From: Felis catus | Taxonomy: Eukaryota | Assembly (NCBI RefSeq): GCF_018350175.1 | Contig: NC_058373.1 | Span: forward strand, 116,686,001 to 116,750,000 | Length of the DNA: 64,000 bases | Direction: 5' to 3' | In this document: in pieces, positions 11,135 through 23,244 of the stretch | How positions within the stretch are numbered: the stretch's first letter is position 1 | Layout of the letters: every line of letters begins with the position of its first letter | The notes under the pieces: model-generated | Seen by the model: only the letters and a program-made list of their open reading frames with translations | The model's database searches: none | What the model was told of the DNA's origin: nothing | Program-made: the position numbers and the translations under genes

Positions 11135-11627
11135 TATTGGGGAGTTAAGCTTTTCCTCTACCCTCTTAGGGTCTCTGGCTGGGCCTGAGAATTTTAAGTT
11201 GACATAAGACAGATTGGAAAAGCATAAAAATTTTTTTAAACATGTACATGGGAGCTTTAGCAGGAAAATGAAGACCCAAGGAACCGTTGGGGCCTAAGTG
11301 TTTATATATTAGGTTGAATGAAGAGTAGTGATTGTGGAAAAGACACTAAAATGTATGGAGAGGCTAATGTAAAGTGGTAGGCTTTATTTAAAAAGAATTT
11401 GTTCGTATAGATTCTTCTTAGCTTCGACTCTCTGTTTCTGGTACTCAGAATGTTGTTTTTCCTCCAGGAGCAGGAATGGGAGTTTTCATATGGGAGTTTT
11501 ATCTCCTGTTTTCAGGAAGAAAAGGGGGAGGTCAGCATGGACTTGTTTTTAAGATGTATCTTTAGCTCAAAAAAGTCAGTATACCAAATCAGCATGTTTT
11601 GGGGTGTCATGTTTTAAACCCCCTTGA
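11135..11627 (-). mobile_element. Solo ERV1 LTR (MER34-like)
   Basis: Shares ttgacataagacagat and terminal motifs with the 8683 LTR and is similar to the reverse complement of the 26556 LTR. Confidence 0.8.
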
Positions 11628-12062
11628 TTGTTTATCATAGATTTATATGTAGTAAACGATAGAACCAAAAGGTTGACTTCAGCATTGTCCTACAGGTTCT
11701 ATTTCCCTGGTAGTGCTGTGCTCTGATTTACAGGAGCCATGGCCAGTGAGCAAGCCATATGGGTGAGTTCCCCATAAGATGTGTGAGTTATTTGTCTTCA
11801 GAGTGCAGGGAAACTCCATTATAAGTTATTTGGAACACTGTCCGAATTCTCTTGTCCAAAGGATCACTGTGGGTATTCCTCGTGGCTTTAATCTGGGGCT
11901 AATACCACCCAATACATTTCTTCTAGAGAAGGGACCCATATAGGTGTCATGTTCTTTAATTAACTGCCTCAGCATCCAAGGTGTATTTCTGCTGACACCT
12001 GTTTGTTGGGTTTTCCTAGAGTCTGCTAGGAAAGTATATTTGAAGGTTCATCCCCTTCTTCG

Positions 12063-12288
12063 TTCTTCCTTCTTCCTCCTCCCCTCTCCCTTCTCCTCCC
12101 TCTTCCTCCTCTTCCTTCTTTTGTAGAGAGAGTGTGAGTATGAGCAGAGGAGGAGCAGAGGGAGAGGGAGAAAGAGAGAATCTTAAGCAGGCTCCATGAC
12201 GTGGGGCTGGACCTCACAACCATGAAATCGTGACCTGAGCTGAAATCAAGAGTCAGATGCTCAACCAGCTGAGCTACCCAGGTGCCCT
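12063..12288 (-). mobile_element. Older SINEC with a (CTT/CCT)n-like tail
   Basis: gacctgagctgaaatcaagagtcagatgctcaaccagctgagctacccaggtgccc. Confidence 0.9.
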
Positions 12289-12734
12289 GATCCTCTTACT
12301 TCGAAGGGGTCTTTTAGTTCTGTTGAATTTCATTTTCAGTCTGTTTCAGTGTGCTTTCTGTTTCTCAGAACTTGTCACTACTCTGGTCTGCCAGTGCCAT
12401 CTGTCCTGGGATTTCCTGTATTTCTGTGAATTTATTTGTATTTTTACATTTCTTATAAAATTTGAGATGGGAGGAAGGCCAGAAGGTAAATTTGTGAGTT
12501 ATTAGCAGTTTTGAACCAGAAATCTTTTCTTTTTATACAGTTTTGCCTCTCTATTTCAGTTCCCCCTCAATCCCGTCTGTGTACCGATCTCAAATGTAGC
12601 TTGCCATTTACTTTTGATAAATGCCTATGGCATTGCGAAATGCTAAATGCTAAATTGCTAAAGGTTCTTTGGCTTGGAATGTTTTTGCCCTGTTGTTCTG
12701 CCTGGGAAATACTATTAGGGAAACATACAGCCCA

Positions 12735-12940
12735 GTAGCTCGACTTAGAGCCTATGTTCAAAACTGGGATCCAATAGCACTTAGTAGCCGTGTCACCTTA
12801 CAGAATTGTATCCTTCGTTTCCCCGGCCCTCCTGAGAATTGTGGATAATAGTCGTATCTGCCGCTTAATGTGGTGATGAGTTAGATGGGATAGTCGAGGT
12901 CAAACACGTGGGACCTAGTAAGTCCTGAAATACTGCTAGC
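12735..12940 (+). mobile_element. MIR
   Basis: Degenerate MIR core (cacttagtagccgtgtcacctt...gataatagtcgtatct...gtgatgagttagatg). Confidence 0.55.
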
Positions 12941-13302
12941 TGAATTTAAAAGGTCAGCTGATGAAGTGCTAACCTTCACAGCTCTGCCGCCCTGTTGCCT
13001 TCTCTGTTTTGCCCACTTCCCTCCCAGTCCCCCCCCCCCCCCCCGCCTTCCCCAGACCCCAAGTCAGAAGTCCTGTTCCCCTGTTCTTCCCACAGCACTC
13101 TGTCATACTGATACTCTGGTGGCCTGCTCACAGTCTGCTTTTATTTCAAGTTGGTCGGGGAGTGTCTCAGTCACTAGGGGTGGTCTTTTGGTAGGCTAGT
13201 GATGCCTTCGTTTTCCCAGGTAAACTGAGTTAAATTAAGGTGTTTCTTTCTTTGTATGACCCAAACCATTGAAACTCATAGTGGGATTCTCATTTTGCCT
13301 AG

Positions 13303-14326
13303 TGTATCAGTCAAGACTCTCCAGAGAAACAGAATCAATAGGAATACACACATACATACATATGTGTGTTTGTGTGTATAAAATATATATTTTTCCCCAG
13401 TTTTGTTGAGAAATAATTGACATACATCACTGTATAAGTTTAAGGCCTACAGCACAATGGTTGTGAAATGATTCTGATAACAGGTTAGCTAATGCCCACT
13501 TTCTCATAGAGATAACGGTAAAAAGAAAAGAAAAAAATGTTTGCCTTGTGATGAGAATTTTTAGGATTTACTCTCTGAACAACAACCTCCCTACATATCA
13601 TACAGCAGTATTAGCTGGCTGCTAATCATCATGCTGTACATTTCATCCCCAGTACTTACGTGTCTTGCCACTGGAAGATTGTACCTTTTGACCACTTTCC
13701 TCCAATTCTCTTTCCCCCTACCATCTGCCTCTGATAACCACAAGTCTGACCTCTTTTTCTCTGAGTTTGGATTTTGTTTTCTGTTTTGTTTTGTTTTGGA
13801 TTTCACATATAAGCGAGATCACACGGTATTTGTTTTTGTCGTTCTCTGCCTGACTTATTTTAGTTGGCATAACGCCTTCAGGGTCCATCCATGTTGTGGC
13901 ACATGGTAGGATTTTCTCTCTTTGTATGGCTGAACAACAGTCCATTGTATATACAGACTGCAGCTTATTTATCCACTCATCCAGAGATGGACGCTTAGGT
14001 GTACTGTAGACAAGCGGCTCATGCATTTGTGGGGCTCTGTGTCTGAAATTTGTAAGGCAGGTCTGGAAACTTAGGCAGAAGTTAATGCTGACTGTTCGAG
14101 GAATTCCTTCCTCTTTAGGAAACTTCAGTGTTGGGGATGAAAGCCTTCAACAGATTTGATGAGGCCTTCCCACATTATCAGGGGTCATCTCTTTTACTTA
14201 AAGTCAACTGATTGTTATAGCTGTTAATCACATCTGCAAAATTCCTTCACAACACCACCTAAATTAGCGTTTGATTAAATGACTGCGTACTCTAGTCTAG
14301 CCAAGTTACCATATAAAACTGTCACA
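13303..14326 (-). mobile_element. MLT2 (ERVL) solo LTR interrupted by an L1 3' end
   Basis: tgtatcagtcaagactctccagagaaacaga...ctagccaagttaccatataaaactgtcaca; 5-bp TSD cctag/cctaa. Confidence 0.85.
13390..14005 (-). mobile_element. L1 3' end (L1MA/carnivore type) nested in MLT2
   Basis: Minus-strand ORF 13718-14026 resembles the L1 ORF2 C-terminus (PSLDEWINKL...ATTWMDPEGVM), followed by L1 3' UTR. Confidence 0.88.
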
Positions 14327-15149
14327 CCTAATGTAGGCTTCACCAGTGTAGAAAGACACTGCGTGATGGGTTAAATACCATGTCAGTAGATTTTTAGGCC
14401 ACCAATGCTGATGTCATTAAACATCCAATTGTATATTTATGCTTCAAGTTGTTAACAATTCTGTTTTTAGTGACCGTAGAGCATGTATGGTGATGGTGAG
14501 GTCTGTGCATGTTTATCCAAATTATCTGAGAAGGCTGTTCTCTCGCATTTTGAGTAGTTATAAATATGACATTTATGATTTGAGCCTGTTTCCTTCACAC
14601 TTATTTTTAGTGAAAAGATCTGTACATTGGCTGAGTTTCAAAAGAACCTGGTTATTTAGAATTCAGGCCAAATGCACAGTTGTTACTGTAGAGAGGAAAG
14701 CAAACATTGCCTTCTGATTATTATTCTCTGTTCTCTAAAGGAAAGAATGGAGAATTCGTGTAGCAAAATTATGGCTTAATAAATTTAGTGACTGGTAGAC
14801 TGATAATACTGAGTGCATACCCTTGAGAATGAAAACTAATTGTTTCCCCAGCATACTTCTAGTGTGTGCCATTGTGGTTTGTTTTTTCTGTTAATCGGTA
14901 TACTTGCTTCTTACATAAGTAAAGATTATTACCTCTGCTTAAAATAGAAATCTCTTCTCTGGGCTGTGGAATTGCTCTTTTTAAAATAATGCTGTTAGAA
15001 GGCAAACAGAATGAGTTAGAGGTGAATTGGGTAGAACTGTCACTTGATGTCTCTATGTAACTTACAATCTGTTTTATAGATGTTAGTACAATTCCTACCC
15101 ATGTAAAATATGGGCTCTAATATTCTGTTCCGAACACTATTTAAAACAT

Positions 15150-15208
15150 TAAATTTTTTTTAATGTTTACCTATTTTTGAGAGAGAGACAGAGTGCAAGT
15201 GGGGGAGG

Positions 15209-15250
<42 letters not shown>

Positions 15251-15382
15251 CAGAATCCAAAGCAGGCTCTAGGCTCCAAACTGTCAGCACAGAGCGCGAT
15301 GCAGGGCTCGAACTCACGATCCGTGAGATCATGACCTGAGCTGCAGTCAGATGCTTAACCGACTGAGCCACCCAGGTGCCCC
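15150..15382 (-). mobile_element. SINEC with an expanded (GA)n tract
   Basis: Full SINE. Confidence 0.95.
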
Positions 15383-15865
15383 TGAAATGTTTAAAATCAA
15401 GGAGAATATATCGTTGGTGCCAAATTGAAATATGTAATTTTTCCACACTGTTAACATCTGTTAGCCGTACCGTGTAAAGAAACTTTTGCTTTGAGGGTGG
15501 TTACGAGGGGTGCACCTCACTTGAACCTCCCAGCCAGCTTAGCTTAGCAAATGGTGGGTGACACAGTGTCGATCACTGTTAGAGGTTCAATGCTATAACT
15601 GAGCGATTGTGTTAGTACAAATGTTTTGTTTTTAATTTCATAGTATTGATTTGAAAAGTTGTTTACTTGGGGGTAGAAAGTTATACTGCCATAATATATT
15701 TTTTTTAAATGAATCAAATTGGGTCTAATTGGGATGAACCAGAGAGAAGGGGTCTCATCTGTTTTGGTAGTTGACTAACAGAATTGCTTTTTTTTCCTTT
15801 TCTTTAAATATATATATTTTTTCTTTTGAAAAACTAGTGTGGATGATGCCTTCTCAAGTGTCTTA

Positions 15866-16110
15866 TTTTGTTTTATTTTATTTATTAAAAAAATTTTTTT
15901 TAATGTTTACTTATTTTTGAGAGAGAGAGACACACACACAGACTGTGAACGGGGAAGGGGTAGAGAGAGAGGCAGACACAGAATCTGAAGCAGGCTCCAG
16001 GCTCTGAGCTGTAGGCCCAGAGCCCGATGCGGGGCTCGAACTCACAAACCACAAGATCATGACTTGAACTGAAGTCGGACGCTTAACCAACCGATCCACC
16101 CAGGTGCCCC
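15866..16110 (-). mobile_element. SINEC
   Basis: TSD tctcaagtgt. Confidence 0.95.
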
Positions 16111-16519
16111 TCTCAAGTGTTTTAATAGCACTTTGGGAAATTAAGTATCCTCTTCATTAAGTAATAAACTAGATCTACAGTTTTTGTTTTGTTTAATCTA
16201 ATGTTTGCCATGGGCTCAGTATTGTGTTCAGAGCTGTAGAGAATTATATTATGGTCTCTTGGAGGACTTAATGGTCTATGTCTTGGAAATATCCACAGTA
16301 CTGAGCATAAAACTATAGGAGGCTTTTAATGACTATTAAGTAGCACTGACCCAGCCTTTAGTGAGCTTGTAATCTAATTCATTAACATTTTGTATGTGAT
16401 TCCTTTTTGTAAAAGTATTTAGGGAGGTTTTCCCCTTGAATTTTTCCACATTCATGCATTTAGCCTCAGAGTTCACTGATTTTGCTGGAATTTGGATTGT
16501 TTGCACTTTTCTGTGGTTA

Positions 16520-17400
16520 TGAACGGTTGTATTCATCTCTGGGTGGCAGTTCCCTTGGTGACCTTAAATTTGGGAGTAGAATTATTGGTCGGTAAGATAT
16601 ACCCATGCTTGACTGTTTTCCAAAGTGATTGTACCAATGCATGACTCCCATCTGGGAGTTGGAATGTTTGCACTGCCCCACACCTGTGCCACACATTTGA
16701 CGTTGTCTGACTTGTTAAATTTAGTCAAGCTGTGGGTGTGTAAATGTGCTTTTTATTTGTGTTTCCCTAATTACTAGAGAAATTAAGTATTATTTTATGT
16801 GTTTAAGAAGCTTTTATATTTTCTTTTATAACTTTCATCCATTTTTCTCTTGGATTGTCTTTCTTAGACATTCATAAAAGACGTATTCTAGATACTGTAT
16901 TATTTTGTTGGTTATACATCTTCTGATTTGTGGTTTAGCTTTTTTTTATGGTGACTTTTAATGAACAGAAGTTTTTTTATTTTAATGTAGAATGAATTTA
17001 TTTTTATGGCCTTTCTTTTTTATGTTGCTAACCTGTTCTGAAGCCATAAAATATTCTTTTACTGGCTACTAAAAGTTTTATAATCCTGCCTTTTATATGC
17101 AAGTCTTCAGTTAAATTACAATTGATTTTTCTATAGATGGTGGAAATCTCTATAGAGATTCAGTTTAATTCCCCCCCCACACACACACACATGAATAAAC
17201 ACATGTGCAAGTACCATTATTAAATAATTCAACCTTTCTCTGTTAATCTACAATTCCTGCTGTGTTGGAATTGATAGTTGGTAGGGCAAGTGCCTCACTA
17301 TCATCTTCTTCTTATGAAGTATCTTGATTCTTCTCGAGCCTTTGACTTTTCATGTAAACTTGATAATCACCTTGTCTTATTCCTTGAAAAGTTCTACAGA
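16520..17400 (-). mobile_element. Old L1 (L1M) ORF2 3' region fragment
   Basis: ttttccaaagtgattgtacca, tttgtgtttccctaattact and other antisense L1 ORF2 motifs. Confidence 0.65.
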
Positions 17401-17479
17401 TGTAGATAAAATGTGTGAGTGTGTAGGTATGTATGAGTACATATACATGTATATTCGCTAACGCTATCACTGAGAGTGC

Positions 17480-17756
17480 CTCAGAGTAGTACCCAATGGC
17501 AATGAACACCTCTAGCGCTTGGATTTTGATTTCTAAATATCACTTTCTAATAAAAGGAACCAGGACTCCGTGGTTCTTTCCAGGGTAAGAAAGTAAAAAA
17601 ATGAGACTGAAACATCTATTTTCAGAAAGCAAGGAAAAGCTCAGAGAATGATGTGAAAATGACCCAGAAGCCATCTTGGAGGGGGTTTGCTCTGGCCAGA
17701 TCTGGGACAGGTTGCGTTATGAAATAAATCATGGTAGTAATGTATTAAAACAACAC
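17480..17756 (+). mobile_element. L1MC-type 3' UTR fragment beside the Tigger1 insertion
   Basis: ttctaataaaaggaaccagg...aagcaaggaaaagctcagagaatgat...ggccagatctgggaca. Confidence 0.6.
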
Positions 17757-18177
17757 TGCAAGCATACTTCTTTTCATTGCATTTCACTTTATTGCACTTC
17801 GCAAGGTAGTGTGTGTTTTTTATAAATTGAAGATTTGTGACAGTTGTGTGTCCAGCAACTCTTTTGGCTCCATTTTCCAACAGCATGGGCTCACTTAGTA
17901 TCTCCGTGTCACATTTTGGTAATTCCCACAATATTTCATACTGTTCCATTACTGTTATATTTGTTACGGTGATCTGTGACCAGTGATCTTTGTAAGCGTA
18001 ACCATTGTAATTGTTTTGGGCCTCATGAATCCTGCCCATGAGATGGTGAACTTAACTGGTGAGGGTTGTGTGTGTTCTGACTGTTACTGACCAGCCCACA
18101 CCCATCTCTTTCCTTCTCCTCTGGCCTCCCTTCCCTGAGACACAACGGTTTGAAATTAGGCTAATTAATAACCTACA

Positions 18178-19520
18178 GTGGCCTCTAAGCATTGGAGTGA
18201 AAAAAAGAGTCATGTGTCTCTTGCTTCAAATGAAAAGCTAGAAAGATTAAACTTAGGAAGACCTGTGGAAAGCCAAGATAGGCTGAAAACTAGGCACCCT
18301 GTGCCGGAAAGCCAAGTTGTGACTGCAAAGGAAAAGTTCTTGAAGGAAATGAAAAGTGCTGCTCCAGTGAACACACGAATGATAAGAAAGTGAAACAGCC
18401 TTATTGTTGATATGGAGAAAGTTCTAGTGGTCTGCACAGAAGAAAATCAAACCAGCCACAGCATTCCCTTAAGTCAAAGCCTAATCCAGAGCAAGGCCCT
18501 GACCCATCAATTCTGTGAAGGCTGAGAGAGGTGAAGAAGCTGCAGAAGAAAAAAAGATTGAAGCTTCCAGAAATGAGTTCATAAGATTTAAGAAAAGAAA
18601 CCATCTTAACATAAAAGTGCAAGGTGAGGCAGCAAGTGCTGATGTAGAGGCTGTAGCAAGTTCTCCCAGAGATCCAGCTAAGATGATTAAGGAAGGTGAC
18701 AACACTTAGCAACACATTTTCCATGTAGACTCAACACCCTTCTATTGGAGGAAGATGCCATCTGGGACTTTCATAGCTAGAGAAGAAAGGTCAGTGCCTG
18801 GCCTCAAAGCTTCAAAGGCCAGGCTGACTCTCTTGGTAAGGGCTAAGACAACTGGTGACTTTCATTGGAAGCCAGTGCTCGTGGACCATTGTGAAAATCC
18901 TAGGGCCCTTCAGAATGATGCTAAATTTACTCTGCCCATGTGCTCTAAATGGAATAAGAAAGCCTAGATAATAGCATATCTGTTTACCACATGGTTTACA
19001 GAGTATTTTAAGCCCACTGATGAAACCTGCTTAGAGAAAAAGTTTCCTTTCAGAATATTACTGCTCATTGAGAGTACAAACCTGGAAATGTACAATCAGG
19101 TTAATGTTGGTTTCAGGTCTGCTGACACAACATGCATTCTACAGTCTATGGGTCGAGGAGTAATTGTGACTTTCAAGTCTTATTATTTAAGAAATACATT
19201 TCATAAGGCCATAGTTGCCATAGATAGTGATTCCTCTGATGGATCTGAACAAAGTAAATTGAAAACCTTTTGGAAAGGATTTAACCATTCTAGATAGCAT
19301 TAAGAATATTCGTGATTCATGGGAAGAGGTCATTATCAGAATATCAACATTAATAGGATGTTGGAAGTGGATTCCAACCCTCGTGGATGACTTTGAAAGG
19401 TTCGAGACTTCAGTGGAAGAAGTCACTGCAGATGTGGTGGAAATAGCAAGAGAATTAGAATTCGAAGTGGAGCCTAAAGGTGGGACTGAATTGTTGTAAT
19501 CTCAGAATAAAACTTCAGTG
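18178..19520 (+). pseudogene. Disrupted Tigger1 transposase (CENP-B HTH plus DDE domain)
   Basis: Fragments [79 protein letters not shown]...[10 protein letters not shown] match the Tigger1/TIGD1-type transposase; start codon is GTG, with multiple stops and frameshifts. Confidence 0.93.
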
Positions 19521-19680
19521 GATGAGGAGTTGCTTCTTATGGATGAGCAAAGAAAGTGGTTTCCTGAGATGGAATCTACTTCTGGTGAAGATGCTGTGAA
19601 GATTGTTGAAATGACAGCAAAGGATTTAGGATTAAACTTAGTTGATAAAGCAGCAGCTGGGTCTGAGAGCATAACTTGAA

Positions 19681-19833
19681 TTTTTTTTTTTAATGTTTAT
19701 TTTTGAGAGAGAAGGTGCACAATCGGGGAAGGGACAGAGAGAGGGGGACAGAGGTTCTGAAGTGGGCTCTGTGCTGACAGCAGCGAGCTGGCTAAAGTTG
19801 GATGCTCAACTGACTGAGCCACCCAGGTGCCCC
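19681..19833 (-). mobile_element. Internally deleted SINEC inside Tigger1
   Basis: Head and tail present, middle missing; TSD g(c/a)ataact. Confidence 0.9.
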
Positions 19834-20769
19834 TGAATAACTCCAGTTTTGAAAGATGTTCTGCTGTTGCTAAAATGCTATTAAACAGCACATGTGCTAT
19901 AGAGAAATTATTCATGAAAGGAAGAGTCTATCAATGCAGCAAACTTCATTGTTGTCTTATTTTAAGAAATTGTCACAGTCCCCCAAGCTTCAGCAGTCAC
20001 CATCCTGGTCAGTAAGCAGCCATCAACATTGAGGCAGGACCCTGCACTAGCAAAAAGATTACAACTAGCTGAAAGCTGAAATGGTCGTTAGCATTTTTCA
20101 ATAAAGTATTTTTTAATTAATGTATGTCCTTTTTTTTTTTTACATATAATGCAATTGCACACTATTTTAATAGACTACAGTGTAGTATAAACGTAACTTT
20201 TATATGTGCCGGGAAACCAAAAAAATCATTTGACTTGTATTGCAATATTCACTTTATTGTGGTGGTCTGGAACTGAATCTGCAGTCTCTCCAAGGTATGC
20301 TTGTATCCATCTATCACCTACAAAATACATACATATATTAGAAAGCATGATATCTCTGATTTGAGTTCAACACCAATGTACATCTATCTATATCTATTAT
20401 CTACTGAAATATGTATGAAAACTCATCTCTGATTTGAGTTCAACATCAGAGAGTTCATTCTGGCCTTTCTTCTTCCTTTCTTTGTTTTGTCTCTAGCCTC
20501 AGAGTATATAGTCAAGATAGTGGTCTCCAAAGATGCTAGGTTAGTTCTTTTCCTCTGCATTCCTGTAAGTGGTTATGTTGTGCATTTGTAATGCAGTCCA
20601 TTTGTCACTGATTGTATTTAATTTTGAATTACCCCCACATACTGGTTGATTTTAATTATTTACTTTCTTGATTTTGTGAAACGTTACCATGGTTACAAAT
20701 GTCAAAACTAGACACAAATGTATATTTGGAGACCTGTCACTCCTTCTCTATTCCTTGTATTACAGATGT

Positions 20770-21165
20770 TCCAGCTGCCATAGATTTCTTGTACTCCTCG
20801 GTGCCTTTGCACACACTCTCTCTCTACCTAGAATGATGCCGTTCTCCTCTTCCTCCCTTGACCATCTTTAATCATTCAAAACCCATTTCAGTTCTTACCT
20901 GCTGTGGAAAGACTTCCTTTCCTCACCCTTTCTCCCCACTCCTCCTCCATGATAATTCCTGTGAATCTCTAGCTCCATAGCACTTGTGAATATTGTCTAA
21001 CTGTTATAACATTTAATTTAAGTTATTGACGCACAGGCTTGTCAGCTTCCTATGTATAAGGCTTGTGAGCTCCTTAAAGATGGGAACATTATCTTCGCAT
21101 TTCCAGCGTCTAGTGCAGTTTCTCACACTTATCAATTATGCAGTAAATGCAGTACAGTGAATGGG
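20770..21165 (+). mobile_element. L2 3' end fragment
   Basis: gcctttgcacacactctctctctacctagaatg...tgtgagctccttaaagatggga...cagcgtctagtgcag. Confidence 0.65.
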
Positions 21166-21531
21166 TTTCACTTTTTTTTTCATTTATTTTTTTTCTTTAC
21201 TCCTTTGCTCTTTATTTCACTCATGATACAAGAGAGAATGTGAATCCTTATAATGTGCCCATGGTCTTGTTGTCTATGGCAATTTTGTATTCTCTCCCTT
21301 TCCCAATGTATTTGGGCACAACTCTGGTAAGTTAATGGCTTCCTCTGATCCCTGGGATGTTAAGTATCTAAGTTTTAGACATAGTATAGATGGGTAAGAT
21401 GAAGTCAAGATACAGAAACTGTTTGAAGTATGCAGACCTAGAAAGTCAAGACTATTTCATCTGTCAGGTTTGCTTCTTCAGTTTCAAAAACTGGAAGAAA
21501 TTGTACTGGAAACAAATCTATTCAACAGTGG

Positions 21532-21768
21532 TTTTTTTTTTTTTTTTAAGTTTTTTTTTTTTTTTAATGTTTATTTATTTTTGAGACAGAGAGAGACAGA
21601 GCATGAACGGGGGAGGGGCAGAGAGGGAGGGAGACACAGAATCGGAAGCAGCCTCCAGGCTCTGAACTGTCAGCCCAGAGCCCGACGCGGGGCTCGAACT
21701 CACGGACCGTGAGATCGTGACCTGAGCCGAAGTCGGACACTTAACCGACTGAGCCACCCAGGCGCCCC
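21532..21768 (-). mobile_element. SINEC_Fc
   Basis: TSD tattcaacagtg. Confidence 0.96.
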
Positions 21769-22188
21769 TATTCAACAGTGTTTTAAGAGCCCTAGTTAGC
21801 TTTTAAAATGTCATTATTGTTGTCCAAAGGGCACCTTCCAAATTGTGTTTCTAAGCTGCTCACATGACTTTTATTCTGTGTATAGATTATTTAGCAGATT
21901 ATATTAAAATGTGGGGCTTATTTCTACCAATTTCTTCATCCACCATCTGTTACTTTCCTCTCTCCCTCTGGATTGCATTCCCTTCCTGCCACTCCTGTGT
22001 GTTCTGTCTCACAGCTCATTCTCCACAGCTCACCTGGGACTCAGAACAAAGGTTTGGTTGCTGGGCAGACATCATACCAGCTGAAGAGGGGCTCTAGGAT
22101 CATGCGTCTTGAGGGCTCAAGGCTTGCTGTTGCATCAGAGTGTGTTGTGTCCAGGGAACCCAGGCTTTGAGAAAACATCCGTTTATAC

Positions 22189-22490
22189 TGTTACGGAAAC
22201 TGGTCTGGATCACCCGGCAGAAGAACTGAGCGGCACTTGGAGATCTTGGAAGGAGGGAGGTTTATTTTACATGGGTGGGCCCAGAAGAAATCATTCTCCA
22301 GAGATCTGAGCCCAGAGCATCAACCGAGGGGACAATTTACAGTCTGTTACTTCCGCATCCCTCAGTAGTAGTAATTTGGCACCTGTGGCGAGCAGGGTAG
22401 GAAGGAAATCCCGGAAGGGGAGTCTTCTGACAAGAACTGGATTCCCTTATCAGTCCTGTGGGCCATCTTACAACAGATATTTCCCTAACA
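22189..22490 (-). mobile_element. Short solo LTR (carnivore ERV1-like)
   Basis: TGTTA...TAACA termini; AATAAA on the minus strand at ~22261; 4-bp TSD atac/acac. Confidence 0.65.
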
Positions 22491-22624
22491 ACACTACTGG
22501 CCTGTAGTATATACTACTGGCCTTTATTCATTAAAAAAATAAATAAATAAAAAGTAAAATATCTTATTTTCAAAAGTAAAATATCTTATTTTACTTAAAA
22601 AAATTTTTTTTAATGTTTACTTTT

Positions 22625-22877
22625 TTTTTTAATTTTTTCTTTTTCTTTCTTTTTTTTTTTTTAAATTTTTTTTTCAACGTTTATTTATTTTTGGGACAGA
22701 GAGAGACAGAGCATGAACGGGGGAGGGGCGGAGAGAGAGGGAGACACAGAATCGGAAACAGGCTCCAGGCTCTGAGCCATCAGCCCAGAGCCCGACGTGG
22801 GGCTCGAACTCATGGACCACGAGATCGTGACCTGGCTGAAGTCGGACGCTTAACCGACTGTGCCACCCAGGCGCCCC
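22625..22877 (-). mobile_element. Young SINEC_Fc nested in the tail of an older SINE
   Basis: Perfect TSD ttaatgtttactttt (22610-22624 / 22878-22892). Confidence 0.96.
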
Positions 22878-22889
22878 TTAATGTTTACT

Positions 22890-22927
<38 letters not shown>

Positions 22928-23089
22928 CGCATGAGTGGGCGAGGGGCAGAGAGAGAGAAGGAGAAAACAGAATCTGAAGCAGGCTCCAGACTCTGGGCTG
23001 TCAGTGCAGAGCCCGACCTGGGGCTTGAACCCACAAACCATGAGATCATGACTTGAGCTGAAGTCAGATGTTTAACTGACAGGCTCCTC
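22878..23089 (-). mobile_element. Older SINEC, host of the nested SINE (its tail continues at ~22596-22624)
   Basis: (GA)n, body and partly deleted head. Confidence 0.92.
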
Positions 23090-23244
23090 AAAATATTTTA
23101 CTTTAAAAATCACGTATAACACATATTAAGTAAATCTTAAGTGAGCACTTTGATGAATTTTCCCAAATTGAACATGATCATGAAACCACCGCGCAAATTA
23201 GGGAATCCAGTATTACCAGCCCACCAAAATTCCCTGTTCTACTC

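Larger units (their letters stand above)
17759..20303 (+). mobile_element. Near full-length Tigger1 (TcMar-Tigger) DNA transposon
   Basis: Terminal inverted repeats caagcatac / gtatgcttg; flanks TG and TA (decayed TA TSD); internal transposase homology throughout. Confidence 0.95.

Noticed and set aside
13205..13226. Additional AG|GT motifs (cccAG|GTAAAC here; ttcAG|GTAAAT near 29572)
   Set aside because: Weaker donors and short tracts, and the second probably lies in decayed L1; expected by chance in 64 kb
17145..17160. 16-bp palindrome aatctctatagagatt
   Set aside because: Single AT-rich palindrome in an old L1; about one of this length is expected by chance in a window this size
18178..19520. 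Domesticated TIGD1-like gene
   Set aside because: Multiple stops and frameshifts, lost ATG, and intact transposon termini: a fossil Tigger1
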